DNA from: Dendrobates tinctorius
Taxonomy: Eukaryota
Reading direction: 5' to 3'
DNA length: 64,000 bases
Assembly: GCF_039654945.1 (NCBI RefSeq)
Contig: NW_027361672.1
Location: 12,338,001-12,402,000, forward strand
The position numbers and the translations under genes are program-made. Of this stretch, positions 38,555 to 51,353 are shown piece after piece (within the stretch, counting starts at the first letter, position 1; every line of letters begins with the position of its first letter). Below the pieces are notes generated by a model that saw only the letters and a program-made list of their open reading frames with translations, ran no database searches and was not told the DNA's origin.

Positions 38555-39450
38555 CAAGTGCTTCTCGCAAAGTTAGAATATCATCAAAAAGTTAATTTAT
38601 TTCAATTCTTCAATACAAAAAGTGAAACTCATACTTATATAGTCATTACAAACAGAGTGATCTATTTTAAGTGTTTATTTCTGTTTATATTGATGATTAT
38701 GGCTTATAGCCAATGAAAACCCAAAAGTCATTATCTCAGTAAATTAGAATAATTAACAAACTTCACATACAAAGGCTTCCTAAGCATTTAAAAAGGTCCC
38801 TTAGTCTGATTCAGTAGGCTCCACAATCATGGGGAAGACTGCTGACTTGACAGATGTCCAGAAGGCAGTCATTGACACCCTCCACAAGGAGGGTACGCCA
38901 CAAAAGGTCATTGCAAAGAAGCTGGATGTTCACAGAGTGCTGTATCCAAGCATATTAATGGAGAGTTGAGTGGAAGGAAAAAGGGTGGTAGAAAAACGTG
39001 CACAAGCAACCGGGATAACTGCAGCCTTGAAAGGATTGTAAAGAAAAGGCAATTCAAAAATTTGTGGGAGATTCACAAGGAGTTGTCTGCTGCTGGAGTC
39101 AGTGCTTCAATAGCCACCACACACAGACGTATTCAGGACATGGGCTACAAGTGTCGCATTCCTTGTGCCAAGTCACTGATGACCAATAGACAATGCCAGA
39201 AGCGTCTTACCTGGGCCAAGGAGAAAAAGAACTGGACTGTTGCTCAGTGGTCAAAGGTGTTATCAGATGAAAGTAAATTTTGCATTTCATTTGGAAATCA
39301 ATGTCCCAGAGTCTGAAGGAAGCCAGAATCAGAAATAAACACATGAAATAGATCACTCTGTTTGTAATGACTCTATATAATGAGTTTCCCTTTTTGTATT
39401 GAAGAACTGAAAAGAACTTTTTGATATTTTAATTTTGTGAGAATCACTTG
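38555..39450 (+). mobile_element. Internally deleted Tc1-family transposon
   Basis: TIR caagtg(c/a)ttctc with TA flanks; transposase starts MGKTADLTDVQK at ~38829, frameshifts into ORF 38966-39316 ending near SDESKFCISFG; the rest of the catalytic domain is deleted. Confidence 0.92.
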
Positions 39451-39964
39451 TATGTGGTATGCATGCTCCTGGCCACATTATAATAATACATTTTATTTCT
39501 ATAGCGCCGACATATTCCGCAGCACCTTACATTCTGACTAGATGCACGCAGCCTCACTCAAGTCTTGTCGGAATGTGGCTGGAAGTATGCAGATCACATA
39601 CTTGCAGTCACATAATCACTTGCTCCTGGCACTGGAGAATCCTGATATTGGGCTTTGCGAGGATTCAAAAGTTTGCAGTCACATAAATTGACTGCAGACT
39701 TTTGTGCCATACCTGGACAACTTCTATAGGTAAGAACAAAGGATTAGACGCCTTCTTTCTTCGACATTTGCCATGAAAGAAGAGTGGTGACGCTCTCATA
39801 CACATTACGGGATTGGCTGATGTTATCGTATACAGGTACTTTTTTTTATTTTATTTTTTTTTAATAGTGACCAGAAAGCTGGTCCCATAATCCATTTTTT
39901 AGATGTTTAATTTGAACGGTTTACTCTTAATCAAAATTTTCAAATACGTTACATGCGTGTTTAC

Positions 39965-40496
39965 CCTAAATGTATGTACACGTTGCATTTTTCCCAAGGG
40001 GAAAAAAAAAATGTTTTACCATGCCAGCAATTTGAATGAGATTTGTGAAATTTCCTTGCAGATTTGAAGCAGTTTCATATTTGCAGCATGTTAATTCTCT
40101 CAGCGTTTCTGCAGCATTGATTACCCATTGAAAAGAATGAGGGAAAAAAAACACTAAAAAAAACTGCATTAGGCTATGTGCACACGTATGCAGAAAATGT
40201 CTGCATAAAAACCGGACCCCTTCCCAGAAAACGCGCGTTTCTGCGCGATTTTTGCCGCAATTTTTTTTCTGGAGTGTCCCCAGACACACAGAAAATAGCC
40301 AGAAATTCGGAATTTACAGCGAAATTAATGAGCATTAAAATGAATGGGAAGCTTCTTTTAGGCGTTTTTTGAGCGGATTTTTTGGTAAATCTGCGGGAAA
40401 AATGCAACGTGTGAAAACAGCCTAAAAGGCGCAACTTAAAAACGCATATTTTGCTCACAGCTTTTCCTGCAAATACTGAGCATGTGCACATAACCC
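39965..40496. mobile_element. Overlapping decayed Harbinger-type MITEs
   Basis: TTA-ggctatgtgcacacg at 40172; right-end motifs gtgtgaaaacagcc-TAA and tgtgcacataaccc-TAA. Internal boundaries are unresolved. Confidence 0.6.
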
Positions 40497-41363
40497 TAAG
40501 TATGTGTTTGCATGGGTCTGCAGGAAACTTTCCATCCCGATTTTCTGAATGAGAAATCGAGTGCATGATCAGGACAGTGCCAACACTGATGTATCCCATG
40601 CCATCATATACTTACTGTTTTCCTCTCTTTCTCTCTACCCAGCTGCTCCTATCTATTAATCATTCTTCCCTCATTTTATCTTTCTACTCTTCCTGCTTCT
40701 TGTTCTCACGCTTGCATTTACTCATGCACACCTGATTACTCATTAACTCTCATAAAGGAAGTGGAGAATTTGCAATAAATGAAAGCCATTTGTAATCCTA
40801 TATGCTGTGAATTCCCGGCTGTTGGGATATTTGAGCTTTTAGTTCATGTTAATCCTGCATCTGGAAACCTTCCTTTCTGGTCTGATAACACAGCAATATA
40901 TTAATTTTTATGCCTTAACCTCCAGGTTGTAGAGTTAAGAGGAGTAATGTTGCATTGCCGCTCATTTGGTTGTAAGGTGCAGTTTTGTTGTTGCTGGTGT
41001 TTAGAATATTTATATGTATGTAGTGTTTGTAATCCTCATTGTTCAACAGGTTAAACACTGTAATTATTTTCACAGCTAGGAATAGATAAATGGAATCAAT
41101 GGAAATCTGTCCCCTTCAAAAAAGAAGTATTTTCCTGTAGATATAGTGATAATCTGCAGGTAAATGTCATTCCAATCATGTATGGCAGGGTTAATGGAGC
41201 AGCGGCTACAGGGAGAACGTTACTTTTATCCTCCCTGCAGCCACTTGCTTCCAGTCATTGGGGCGGTTCAGGGCACTGTTAGTCACCACTCACTATAGTG
41301 TGATCTATGCTGTAATTGCTCTCTTGATTGACAGTCTGCGCTAAAGCTTGTATGTGACTATAA

Positions 41364-41546
41364 GGCCGGGATCACACATGCGAGAAACACTGCCGAGTCT
41401 CTCATGTTAATACCCGGCACTCAGGAGCGTAGCGTGTGGCTGCATGTATTGCTATGCGGCCGCACGCTCCGATCCGAGTGCCGGCGGCAGTACCGGGTAT
41501 TGACATGTGAGACTCGGCCGTGTTTCTCGCATGTGTGATCCCGGCC
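41364..41546. mobile_element. Small palindromic Harbinger-type MITE (183 bp)
   Basis: Perfect TIR ggccgggatcacacatgcgagaaacac with exact TAA duplication; nested in an older T2-like element. Confidence 0.92.
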
Positions 41547-42720
41547 TAATGGTCCTCTTCAGCTCCCCAATGACTGGAGACGAGTGGCTGCAGTGAGAAG
41601 GTATCTTCATTTTCCCTTGGTAGCCTCTGTTTTATTGAGCCCGTCAGTCATGATTTAAATGCTATTTACAGTGCCTTGCGAAAGTATTCGGCCCCCTGGA
41701 ACTTTTCAACCTTTTCCCACATATCATGCTTCAAACGTAAAGATACCAAATGTAAATTTTTGGTGAAGAATCAACAACAAGTGGGACACAATTGTGAAGT
41801 TGAACGAAATTTATTGGTTATTTTAAATTTTTGTGGAAATACAAAAACTGAAAAGTGGGGCGTGCAATATTATTCGGCCCCTTTAACTTAATACTTTGTT
41901 GCGCCACCTTTTGCTGCGATTACAGCTGCAAGTTGCTTGGGGTATGTCTCTATCAGTTTTTTAAATCGAGAGACTGAAATTCTTGCCCATTCTTCCTTGG
42001 CAAACAGCTCGAGCTCAGTGAGGTTTGAAGGCGATCGTTTGTGAACAGCAGTTTTCAGCTCTTTCCACAGATTCTCAATTGGATTCTGGTCTGGACTTTG
42101 ACTTGGCCATTCTAACACCTGGACACGTTTATTTGTGAACCATTCCATTGTAGATTTTGCTTTATGTTTGGGATCGTTGTCTTGTTGGAAGACAAATCTC
42201 CATCCCAGTCTCAGGTCTTCCCTGTCCCTGCTGAAGAAAAGCAGGCCCAAACCATGATGCTGTTACCACCATGTTTGACAGTGGGGATGGTGTGTTCAGG
42301 GTGATGAGCTGTGTTGCCTTTACGCCAAACATATCGTTTGGCATTGTTGCCAAAAAATTCGATCTTGGTTTCATCTGAATAGAGCCCCTTCTTCCACATG
42401 TTTGGTGTGTCTCCCAGGTGGCTTGTTGCAAACTTTAAACAACAATTTTTATGGATATCTTTGAGAAATGGCTTTCTTCTTGCCACTCTTCCATAAAGTC
42501 CAGATTTGTGCAGTGTATGACTGATTGTTGTCCTATGGACAGTGTCCCACCTCAGCTGTAGATCTCTGCAGTTCATCCAGAGTGAATGGGTAGACAGTCG
42601 CACTCAAAATTGAATGTCACTTGCATCAGAGTCATTAAAGGAATTATGTTTTTTATTTATTTTTTCAATTAATCAAAAAAAGTGAAAAAACACCGCAAAC
42701 AAAGATCAGATTCCAAACAT

Positions 42721-42775
42721 GAGTATTACACGGTTACGTTTCGACCTATACTTAGGTCTTTCTCAAACCATACTC
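42721..42775 (-). ncRNA. Second copy of the putative hammerhead ribozyme, in the inverted arm
   Basis: Reverse complement of 42880-42934, differing only in loop II (AGUA vs AGUG). Confidence 0.72.
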
Positions 42776-42879
42776 AATAGGAGTGTCAAGGCATAAGACC
42801 CCTGCCGCTCTCTTGCCACAGCCCCTGCTTTGGGACTCTGAAAAATTGTCTTCTTTTCTTATGCCTTGACACTCCTATT

Positions 42880-42934
42880 GAGTATGGTTTGAGAAAGACC
42901 TAAGTGTAGGTCGAAACGTAACCGTGTAATACTC
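42880..42934 (+). ncRNA. Putative minimal type I hammerhead ribozyme (U3-A8 variant)
   Basis: GAGUAU-GGU / UUGAGAA-A / GACCUA-agug-UAGGUC / GAAAC-GUA / ACC-gugua-AUACUC: helix I with a bulge, 6-bp helix II, palindromic ACGU helix III, predicted cleavage after 42920. Confidence 0.75.
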
Positions 42935-45624
42935 ATGTTTGGAATCTGATCTTTGTTTGCGGTGTTTTTTCACTTTTTTTGATTAATTTGAAAAAATAAA
43001 TAAAAATCATAATTCCTTTAATGACTCTGATGCAAGTGACATTCAATTTGAGTGCGACTGTCTACCCATTGACTTTTACCTGTGGTATAGCCACGTTCAG
43101 TCAGCACCTCCTCCTACAGCACGAATGCGCGTCTTTATTTTTTCTATCTGTTCATCCAGAGTGATCATGGGCCTCTTGGCTGCATCTCTGATCAGTCTTC
43201 TCCTTGTTTGAGATGAAAGTTTAGAAGGACGGCCGGGTCTTGGTAGATTTCCAGTGGTATGATACTCCTTCCATTTCAATATGATCGCTTGCACAGTGCT
43301 CCTTGAGATGTTTAAAGTTTTGGAAATCATTTTGTATCCAAATCCGGCTTTAAACTTCTCCACAACAGTATCATGGACCTGCCTGTTGTGTTCCTTGGTC
43401 TTCATGATGCTCTCTGTGCTTCAAACAGAACCCTGAGACTATCACAGAGCAGGTGCGTTTTTACGGAGACTTGATTACACACAGGTGGATTATATTTATC
43501 ATCATTAGTCATTTAGGACAACATTTCATCATTCAAAGATCCACAATGAACTTCTGGAGTGAGTTCGTTGCACTGAAAGTAAAGGGGCCGAATAATATTG
43601 CACGCCCCATTTTTCAGTTTTTGTATTTCCACAAAAATTTAAAATGACCAATAAATTTCGTTCAACTTCACAATTGTGTCCCACTTGTTGTTGATTCTTC
43701 ACCAAAAATTTACATTTGGTATCTTTATGTTTGAAGCATATGTGGGAAAATGTTGAAAAGTCCCAGGGGGCTGAATACTTTCGCAAGGCACTGTATTGCA
43801 GATTAGTACTATACAGTGGTGCTTGAAAGTTTGTGAACCCCTTGGCATGGCCAAATCAAAGTCCTGAATTAAAAAAAAAAAAAAAAAAAAAAATTACGTC
43901 GACAAAATTTGTATGGGATTAAAGGCAGAAAAGGGATAAAACAAGCCAATATGCAGGGCTAATCTACAATTGCCGGAAAACGTTTGGGGCACATTCAGAC
44001 GGCAGTATAAATCGGACAGAGATCGTAACGCAGTGCATGGACTGGTCAGCAGCTCTCCCAACCCGAGCATGACGACTGTATAGAGGCCAATATGCACAGA
44101 CTCATAGAATAGAGAAGATGGAGATCCAATTTTCACTTTCAAGAGAATTGGATCACAGTAAAATGACACTCTGCTCACGCTCGCATTTGCATGGGACAAT
44201 CATCGCATGCTATATTCTACTGTGAGCAAAACATAAATGTCCAAAACTGATGTTGTGCAACCAATGAAAATAGAAACAGGGGGAACCCATTGATTATTGT
44301 GGGGTCCGTTTTGGGTTTTGTTTTGTGATCGTATTTAGATAGAGAAATAGAAAGGAGCCAAATTGTGGTTTATCTGCGCTGCTGATTTGGCTCCTTTTTC
44401 TATATCTCTGGTTGGAAGACCTGTGGATCTGCAGCAGCTGTCTATACATGGTTGTGTGATCACAATTGTCCCAGTTTTTACCATACCCTTGATTGCTTTA
44501 TTTCCTTTAATTTGGGGATGGCCCTATTTGCACTTCCTTTCTAGTTTCTACAATACATTGAGAAATAGATTCTGCATACTGCTGTTTTTTTCAGTTCTAA
44601 AAAAGGAGACCTAATCAAACCTAGACGAACCCCACAATAATCAATGAGGTCCCTCTGCTTATGTTTACATGCGTTATGAGACAAATCCATTTTGGACATG
44701 ATTCAATTTGACTATTCCTAAAAAAAAAACAAACAATGTCCGAAAGCCAAGATTGGCTAACGAAGACTAACCCGAAGAAATGCCGGTACTTCCAGCTTCA
44801 TAAATGTTGTTGCATCGATATTTTATTGACATGGAACACAATTCTTTTCGTGGACTATTCCTGTACATTCAGCTCCTTCTTGTGCCGCCAGAATGGAGAG
44901 GTGGCTGCGCATGTGTTGCTCTCTAGTCACATCTGTGACATTTTGTGAAATTGCCACGCACGCTTGCTTTGAGATATGCTACATACAGTATGTAGGAGAT
45001 GGGAACTCTCCACTGTCATCGATTTTTGGGTATAAACATCCATTATTTTGAGCAATTGAGTTATCAAAGGCTTTCTTTGCTTTTTTCCTTTTTTTGTGGG
45101 GGAAGGGAACATTCTTCTTTAAAGCACTTTTGCTTGGCTTTCAGCGGCTAGTCCACACTTGTTTCCCTGCTCGAAGTGTTGCTATTAATCATGAATGCCT
45201 GGTATTCCTGACCTTTTCATGTTTTGTTTCTATATCTTTAGAATGCTAAAGCCTTTAAGCCAGTTTTGTATCTTTTGCAAAATGACCAGATAGTAAAAAA
45301 CTTATATCCTTTTGTTCCATTTTCTAACTTCACTAATGACTCCAGAATGTTTTATAAAGAAAAATGTATTTAGTTCTATTGACAGATGATTTTATATTAC
45401 TATTTGGTGCTGTGCAAAAAGACTTGATTGCAACACAGGAGCCAATAAGTCAGTTATTGGTGTCATCCTTTGCAGTAAGTGGGGAAACTGACCTTTATGA
45501 TACATTTGCATCTGAGCTTTAAGGGGTTAAACCATCTGCTATCATTAATAGTCTTACTGATCTCTGGGAGTCTGATTACTACACTATCCACTTGGCTTTC
45601 TTCTTCAGTCCAATAGACGAAAAG

Positions 45625-46959
45625 GAAAATGGTCCAATGCTAAAATTTGGTTACCCTACATGGTTAGTACCTAGTTAGCACCCCCTTTGTAAGTATCACA
45701 GCTTTGAAATGCTTTTTGTAGCCAGCCAAGAGTCTTTCAATTCTTGTTTGAGGGATTTTCATCTATTCTTCCTTGGAAAATCCTTCCAGTTCTGTGAGAT
45801 TCCTGGGCCATCTTGCATGTACTGCTATTTTGATGTCTAGCCACAGATTTCAATTCTGTTCAGATCAGGGGACTGTAAGGGTATTGTTAAACCTTTCAGC
45901 TTATACCATTTGAGGTAGTCTGTTGTGGATTTGATGTGTGTTTAGGATCATTATCCATTTGTAGAAGCCATCCCCTTATCTTTTTTTTACAAATGGTGTT
46001 CTGTTTGCATCAAGAATTCATCCCTTTACCTGTGAAATGCTCCCCGTGTAATGCATTGGCTGCAACACAACCCCAAAGAATGAGTGATCCACCCCCATGC
46101 TTAATGGTTGGCGAGATGTTCTTTTCCTGAAATTCTGTGCCCTTTTTTTTCTCCACACATACCTTTTGATCATTGTGACCAAAGAGTTCCGTTTTAGCCT
46201 CATCGGTCCACAGGACGTATTTCCAAAATGAATCAGGCTTGTTTAGATGTTCTTTTGTATATGTCTGATGCTGAATCTTATGGTGATGACGCAGGAGAGG
46301 TTTTTGTTCTGATGACTCTTCCATGAAGGCCATATTTGTGCAGGTGTTTCTGAACAGTAGTCTGCTAAATCTTCCTGAAAGTATTTTGTAGTCAAGCGGG
46401 GGTTCTGATTTTTGCCTCTAGCAAACCAACGAGGAGCTCTCACTGAAATTTTGGTTGGTCTTCCAGACCTTATCTTGAACTCCTGTTGACTGCCATTTCT
46501 TAATTACATTTCAAACGGAGGAAAGACCAACTTGAAAACGCTACACTATCCTCTTATAGCCTTCTCCTGCTTTGTGGACCTCCACCATTTTTATTTCCGA
46601 GTGTTAGGCAGCTGCTTAGAAGAACCCATAGCTGTTGTTTTTGGTAGAAGGATAGAGGAGGCTGGGTTTTTATAAAGCTGGAAAATTTGCACCACCTGTC
46701 CTTTTCTAACAATGATGGTGAACAAACCATAACTCAAACAGGCTAATTAAGGTCTGAAACCTTAATCAAAGTTGTCTGAGCACACAAATCTCTAAGGATG
46801 CCCAAAGTTTAGCATTAGCCCATTCTTTCTTTTCGTAGTTTTTAAAATGAAAGAATTACCAATATATTTTTTTTGTTTAAAATACAAAGGAAATGTTTAA
46901 TCTTTTAACTTTAGGCCTTTTAGAGATTTTCATCTTCAACTTGCTTTTACAAGACCCTG
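45625..46959 (-). mobile_element. Old, heavily decayed Tc1-family transposon
   Basis: ORF 46010-46333 contains VLWTDEAKTELFG and PTIKHGGGSLILWGC; N-terminus MGSSKQL near 46629. Boundaries approximate. Confidence 0.85.
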
Positions 46960-46967
46960 TATATTAA

Positions 46968-47354
46968 AGGGAATCTGTCACCCCTTTTTTCGAATATGAG
47001 CTGCCGGCACCGACATCAGGGGCTTATCTACAGCATTCTGTAATTCTGTAGATAAGCCCCCAATGTAACCTTAAAGAGAAGAAAAAAGGTTAGATTATAC
47101 TCACCAGGGGGGCGGTCCGATCCGATGGGTGTTGCGATGCGGTCCGGGGCCTCCCATCTTCATACGATGCCGTCCTCTTCTTTCCTTCCTGCAGTGGCTC
47201 CTGCACAGACGCACTGCTCTGCCCTGTTGAGGGCAGAGCAGAGTTCTGCAGTGCGCAGGCGCTGGGAGAGGTCCTGCATTACAGAATGCTGTAGATAAGC
47301 CTCTGATGTCGGTGCCGGCAGCTCATATTTGAAAAGAGGGGTGACAGACTCCCT
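46968..47354. mobile_element. T2/Kolobok-type MITE
   Basis: TTAA-agggaatctgtcaccc...gggtgacagactccct-TTAA with ~75-bp TIRs. More decayed relatives lie near 19615, 24155-24660, 27245-27670, 41100, 49361 and 59247-59625. Confidence 0.9.
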
Positions 47355-48032
47355 TTAAGCAGAGGCGTCTGATGGATGCAAAACAGTGGTTGTCACTCAT
47401 GGATACCATTCGTAAGGAAAACCTGGACCTGCATAAAGTATGTATACTATTGGAGACATTACTATTCATATTTAAGGAAGATCACTGAACGTGACATGTA
47501 TTGTCCTCGTAGGAGGAGGGAGAGGAAACAAGTTCTAGTTTGAGTGAAGCTTACTGGTAGGAAACTGCAAGACTATCTGTATCCCTTTAAGAGTTGCCAG
47601 AATGAGGTCACCTTAATTTCCACAGCAGCAAAGTAAAGACTGATTTGTAGACATTTACTATGATGTATGTCTCACAAATGAGTCTGGCTACAAGCTGTAA
47701 CATGCTAATACTAATTGTAGCTTTATATTGGTTGTTAGCAGCCAACCCAGCAAAATGGCTAAAAACAGCAGTGCGAGTGCTGCTATTATGCTATGGATTA
47801 TGCATCCCCTACCATTAACAATAAAGGAAGTGGAGACCATGAACAAGCAATCCTATATCTGCTAATGATGTATAGCTTATGGTGTATTTTCTCCTTAGAT
47901 TAGGCATCTCTGAATCTACCTCCAGATTGTTGTCCTCTGATCAATGTCCAGCTTGTTGAGGTGACCACTGGCTAGCATATCTGGGCTAAGGAATGCTTAG
48001 AGAGGTGTATGGGCATTTCCATTCACTCTTTA

Positions 48033-48408
48033 GGGTATGTGCACACGCTGCGGATTCTGCTGCGTTTCCGCAGCGTTTTTGGCTCTGCAGAAACGCAGCA
48101 GATTTTGCTGCGTTGTACAGTACCTTTATTTCCTATGGAAATAAAAAAAAGCTGTGCACATGCTGCGTTTTTTTCCGCGCGGTTTTGCTGCGGTTTACAA
48201 TCCGCAGCATGTCAATTGTTTGGTGCAGAAACGCTGCGGTTTTACACCTCATCCATTATGAGGTGTAAAACCGCAGGGCAAAACCGCAGAAAAAACGCAG
48301 ATAATCCGCAGATAAACCGCAGAAAAACCGCAGCACTTTGTCCTGCGGATTTCCTGCGGTTTTCTCTACAAAATCCGCAGAGACTAAAATCTACGTGTGC
48401 ACATACCC
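48033..48408. mobile_element. Harbinger-type MITE (ccgca/tgcgg family)
   Basis: TIR gggtatgtgcacacg; exact TTA duplication. Confidence 0.9.
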
Positions 48409-50895
48409 TTAGGAGTCCCATTCTCCCATAGAAGTGTGTATTGAGAGGGGTGCACATGTGCAGCCATCTCCACATTCATTCTTCGCATTAATGACGGCTG
48501 GCAGCTGCCTTACCGGTCAATGTTGGTTTGCAATGCTCGGTCTTGCAACGAATCTCCCAAACGGAACTTATACTTGATATATGTCCATGAAGTTGTAAAT
48601 TGGGGTCCATATACGGACCATGAAATACGCTTGTGTGCACCCAGACTAGGGGAAGACCTTTTGTTCTGGAGACAGTTGCAGCTTCTAAAGGATACTTTTG
48701 GCTTCTTCTGTGCGACTTTCAGGAATTTTTTTTTTTTTCATCCTGTGAGAATTTCACAGCCAAATAAGCTCTCATTCATTCATTCAGTACATGAAATTGC
48801 CTTTTCTCCCGAGAGTAAACAGAGAAATAAGGTTATGTGAGCTAAAAGTCTTGTCCTTAGCAGTTGCGTCCCTGGTCTTTGATCGATACGTGCTTGTTAT
48901 AACCTGAATATAGATTTAGTAACTTTAAAATCCATTGGTTTTGTATACGAGCATGATTGAGAGCACTCCCGGAATATAGCGGCATCACTCTGAACTCACT
49001 TGATTAATTATTTATTATAAGTACAACTGTCCAGATCAACTCGGTTGTTTTGTTATTCTACATTACATGCATCAACTGCTAGCTATTTTACCAGGGGAAC
49101 TATGGGCAGCGCAGAGCCCTGTCACCTCCTATTCTCATCATGATTTCCAATTAATTATAAGTTGTGGCTGCATCACTGATCATAAAAGGGCTTCAGTAAT
49201 ATATATCAAAAGCTTAGAGCTTTTATACATAAATCATCCTCAGAGTTGGCATCTGCACCCAGAGAATTCAGGCAAGTGCCTGGGCCCACTAATCTTATGG
49301 TGGTCCATATGACTCTGATTTCTTTTGGCGACATCCAGTGTACATGTGTGACTGATGTTAAAGGGAATCTGTCACCTACTTTTGGTGGGCAATTTACATG
49401 AGGTCGGTCCGGTCCGATGGGCGGTGTTTCCGATCTTTGCCGCCTCCCATCCTTGGCCGCCGTCCGCAGTTTTTTCATGAATAGGTGTAGGTGTCTGCCA
49501 TTTTTCGCACGTGTGCTAAGCATTCTTGGCTCGTGCACGCGCAGTATGCTTTGCCCAGCTGCGGGCAAAGCCGAAAAGCCTGACAGCGCATGCGCCGGTT
49601 AACTAGGCCCCAGAAGTATTTAGCTTTGTTTAGCCAAATCAGAATCTCAATTTGCAAACACGGTGTTTCGGGCTATTGGCCTTCATCAGTGCAAAGTATG
49701 AGAACTGATTTGGCTAGGTGAGAGGCTCTGGACAGAAAATGAAAACCATGTAAACTCTCCTCCCACATCAGTGCCATTGCAGCAATATCTGCGCTGTTCT
49801 TCAGTGGTTGACCTGACATTGTCGCTGATCGACTCCAACTCATACGTTTTTTGTCTGAACGGACGTCTGCTCTGACAAAATGGTAAATGCTACAGTATGA
49901 TTTATATTTTTCCATCCCGTCTCACTTTGTCTATACCACCCGAGTCTGTTCACTGCACTAGAAGAGAAGAGAGCGGCCAGGATGGAGGATTATGTATTCA
50001 CAGTTGAGTGCACCTAGAGCCAGTTACCTATACAAAGCCAAAAGGCAGTCAGTGTAACGAAATGTATAGACAGCATTCTTATGCTAAAACACAAAAATAT
50101 TTATAACCATGCGTTATATTTTGGTAGAAGTAAACTGAAAAGAGGTAAAAAATACATTTTTCTTCCTTGATATACATATTCTGGTGGCATCACTCCTTTT
50201 AAAGGTTTGTCCTCGAATGTTATTACCTTTCCAGAGTAGTAGGATCACAACTCTTGGTACCCCACCAATCACAAGAGCAGAGGTTATTTGATGTGAGCTG
50301 CAGTCTAGCATGCTTGCTGCCTCTACTTTTAAAGTCTATGGGACTAATGGAAAACTGAGTGCTAACTGTGGATGGAGCAGCAGTGCACAAACCTGACCAA
50401 CTGCTCTATTCAAAGGGGAACTTGGGTCCCCAGTCCTCATGATTGCTGGGCATCCCTATGGATAAATAAGTGTTTAAAACTGGCTGTCCACGTTTTTTTC
50501 CCTGAATCTGGGCCCCATGTGGCCTAAAACCTAAAAAAAATACTTACCGAATTTAGATCTACCGTAATTTTAGAGCAGCTGGTCTCATATACGGTTTTAA
50601 TGTGATAGAAATTAATGTAGTGATTTTTGAGTCTTGAGGGCATAAGCCAGTCTAAATAAGTGGAAGCATGAAGGAAGAAAAGAGCAGCAACTAATGTCCA
50701 AGCCTCCCTTTAGAGCAAATAGCGTGGGGGCTTCATGGGATTGCGGCACCAACTCCCCAAGTTGACTAAAGTCTAGTTTAGGGTTGAGTCTTGGTATGTC
50801 CCGTTATTTAGCAGTGGGCTTCTATTCCTCTTCTCCCCCCCCCCTTTTCTTATGTAATGTCTAATGGTATTTACCTACTCTAGATTGGTCTCTTA

Positions 50896-51353
50896 TGGCC
50901 CCGTCTCACATAACAAGATCGTTAGCAAGATCGCTGAAACATCACCGATTTTGTGACTCAACAGCGGCCTCGCCAGCGATCTCGCTACGTGAGACACATA
51001 GCGGCGACCCCCCCCAGCTGGATATCGCTGATCGTGCTCGAATGTCCTAGGCCATTTTTTTATCGTTGGCGTCCCACTGGCCAGCATTCATCGCTGTGTT
51101 TGACGCCAAAGAGCGACCTCGTTGGCGACGCAGAACTCGGGGACGCAGGCGTGAGTTGTCAGAATCTCTGCTGTGTGACAAGGTCCCAACGACCACCGAG
51201 GTCGTTATACAGATCGCCCGATCGTTGCTGCATCGTTGAGTAGATCTGCCTGTTTGTCAGCTTACTAGTGATCATGTAGCGACGCACCAGCGATCCTTAC
51301 CAGGTCATATCGTTGTCGGGATCGCTGGAGCGTCGCTTAGTGTGATGGTACCC
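50896..51353. mobile_element. Harbinger-type MITE (gcgat family)
   Basis: TTA flanks; same terminal blocks as 8750-9153. Confidence 0.8.

Larger units (their letters stand above)
42586..43149 (+). mobile_element. Retroposed insertion in inverted-repeat configuration, probably a Penelope-like element terminal-repeat (pLTR) fragment
   Basis: 15-bp TSD GTTCATCCAGAGTGA (42571-42585 and 43150-43164); arms 42586-42798 and 42857-43069 are near-perfect reverse complements; carries a hammerhead motif and an AATAAA at 42995. Confidence 0.78.
41669..43793 (-). mobile_element. Tc1-family transposon with ~215-bp TIRs; transposase disrupted by an insertion and a deletion
   Basis: TA-cagtgccttgcgaaagtattc...gaatactttcgcaaggcactg-TA; transposase pieces MKTKEH (43405), SDETKIE...VKHGG (42211-42603) and FQQDNDPKH...SPDQNPIE (41888-42250). 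Confidence 0.96.

Noticed and set aside
43813-43842. Isolated Tc1-like TIR start (TA-cagtggtgcttgaaagtttgtgaacccc)
   Set aside because: About 30 bp with no partner end or body; too small to call an element.
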